Assembly (NCBI GenBank): GCA_016214895.1
Contig: JACRMR010000025.1
Span: 142,222-206,221 of the forward strand
Reading direction: 5' to 3'
Length of the DNA: 64,000 bases
DNA from: Candidatus Zhuqueibacterota bacterium
GTDB lineage: Bacteria; Electryoneota; RPQS01
In this document: one piece after another, positions 63,563 through 64,000 of the stretch
Layout: every line of letters starts with the position of its first letter
Position numbering within the stretch: the stretch's first letter is position 1
The notes under the pieces: model-generated
What the model was told of the DNA's origin: nothing
Database searches by the model: none
The model's input: only the letters and a program-made list of their open reading frames with translations
Translations under genes and position numbers: made by a program

Positions 63563-64000
63563 ATGAACGCAAGTTTCAAAGCCAAGCCCGCCTCCAGTTT
63601 TGACTTTCGACACATTCTCTATTCCAAGCAGGGGGCGCGCGCGACGGTCACATTGAATCGACCGCAGGTCTTCAATTGTTTCAACTTCGCGATGCTCAAG
63701 GAAATGAGCGCGGCCTTCGAAGACGCCGCCTATGATGACGCCGTGCGCGTGCTGATTCTCACCGGTGCGGGCGACAAGGCATTTTGCACCGGCGCGGATT
63801 TGAGCGAGCAACAGCAGTTCTTTGCACGACCGCAGGATTACTGGAAATGGATGGGCGCGTTCATCGAAGCGCATGAGCGGCTTCGCAACATCGGCAAGCC
63901 GACCATTGCTCGTCTGAACGGCATCGTCGTCGGCGGCGGCAACGAGTTCAACATGAGCTGCGATCTCGCTATTGCCTGCGATGATATCTACATCCGTCAG
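63563..64000 (+). CDS. enoyl-CoA hydratase/isomerase (crotonase) family protein, N-terminal part (runs off right edge)
   Basis: ATVTLNRPQVFNCFN...VLILTGAGDKAFCTGADL...KPTIARLNGIVVGGGNEF are crotonase-fold signatures. The ORF is open at the window end. Confidence 0.8.
   Translation, partial: MNASFKAKPASSFDFRHILYSKQGARATVTLNRPQVFNCFNFAMLKEMSAAFEDAAYDDAVRVLILTGAGDKAFCTGADLSEQQQFFARPQDYWKWMGAFIEAHERLRNIGKPTIARLNGIVVGGGNEFNMSCDLAIACDDIYIRQ

Overview
GC-rich chromosomal window from a diderm bacterium. The lineage cannot be assigned from sequence alone. The many giant secreted FN3/Ig-rich proteins suggest an uncultivated lineage, but that is inference only. Most of the window is ordinary.

Content from left to right:
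1. A translationally coupled trpE-G-D-C-F-B operon on the minus strand. It is preceded by an unannotated 25-codon leader ORF with three consecutive Trp codons and an antiterminator/terminator pair.
2. A secreted TPR protein with a zincin (HEXXH) core.
3. A five-gene minus-strand operon (14485 to 7639) with chaperone-usher-like order: secreted protein, small pilin-like protein, PapD-like chaperone, usher-like outer-membrane protein, beta-helix protein. The pilin-like gene is bracketed by a perfect 20-bp inverted repeat.
4. A secretome island: Ig-like repeat protein, a protein with two P-domains plus vWA and LamG, and a 1304-aa S8 subtilase.
5. A DCC-family protein, a tail-fiber-like (S74) surface protein and an M29 aminopeptidase.
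6. sucA-sucB-lpd on the minus strand. An array of five palindromic 25-bp repeats and an AT-rich promoter island sit between sucB and lpd. A methyltransferase gene remnant lies just past lpd.
7. A lipoprotein and a 1732-aa protein with 11 tandem Cys-paired FN3-like modules.
8. A TetR / HlyD / 2x ABC ATPase / 2x ABC-2 permease efflux operon.
9. A sensor kinase with FG-GAP-like repeats and an NtrC-like regulator with degenerate ATPase and sigma-54 contact motifs, then small PH-domain and Fis-like HTH genes.
10. A beta-helix protein and a PQQ sugar dehydrogenase.
11. A second 2-oxoacid dehydrogenase operon (E1a, E1b, E2, E3). Its E1b-E2 spacer is filled exactly by a four-helix-bundle (23S IVS protein family) gene flanked by 38-bp inverted repeats. 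It is followed by LplA-like, hotdog thioesterase, EthD and crotonase genes.

The most unusual signals are the inverted-repeat-bracketed pilin-like gene in the chaperone-usher-like operon, the IVS-like cassette, the hairpin array, and the Trp leader attenuator. No rRNA, tRNA, CRISPR array, transposase or integrase was recognised. All homology calls come from reading motifs, not from database searches.
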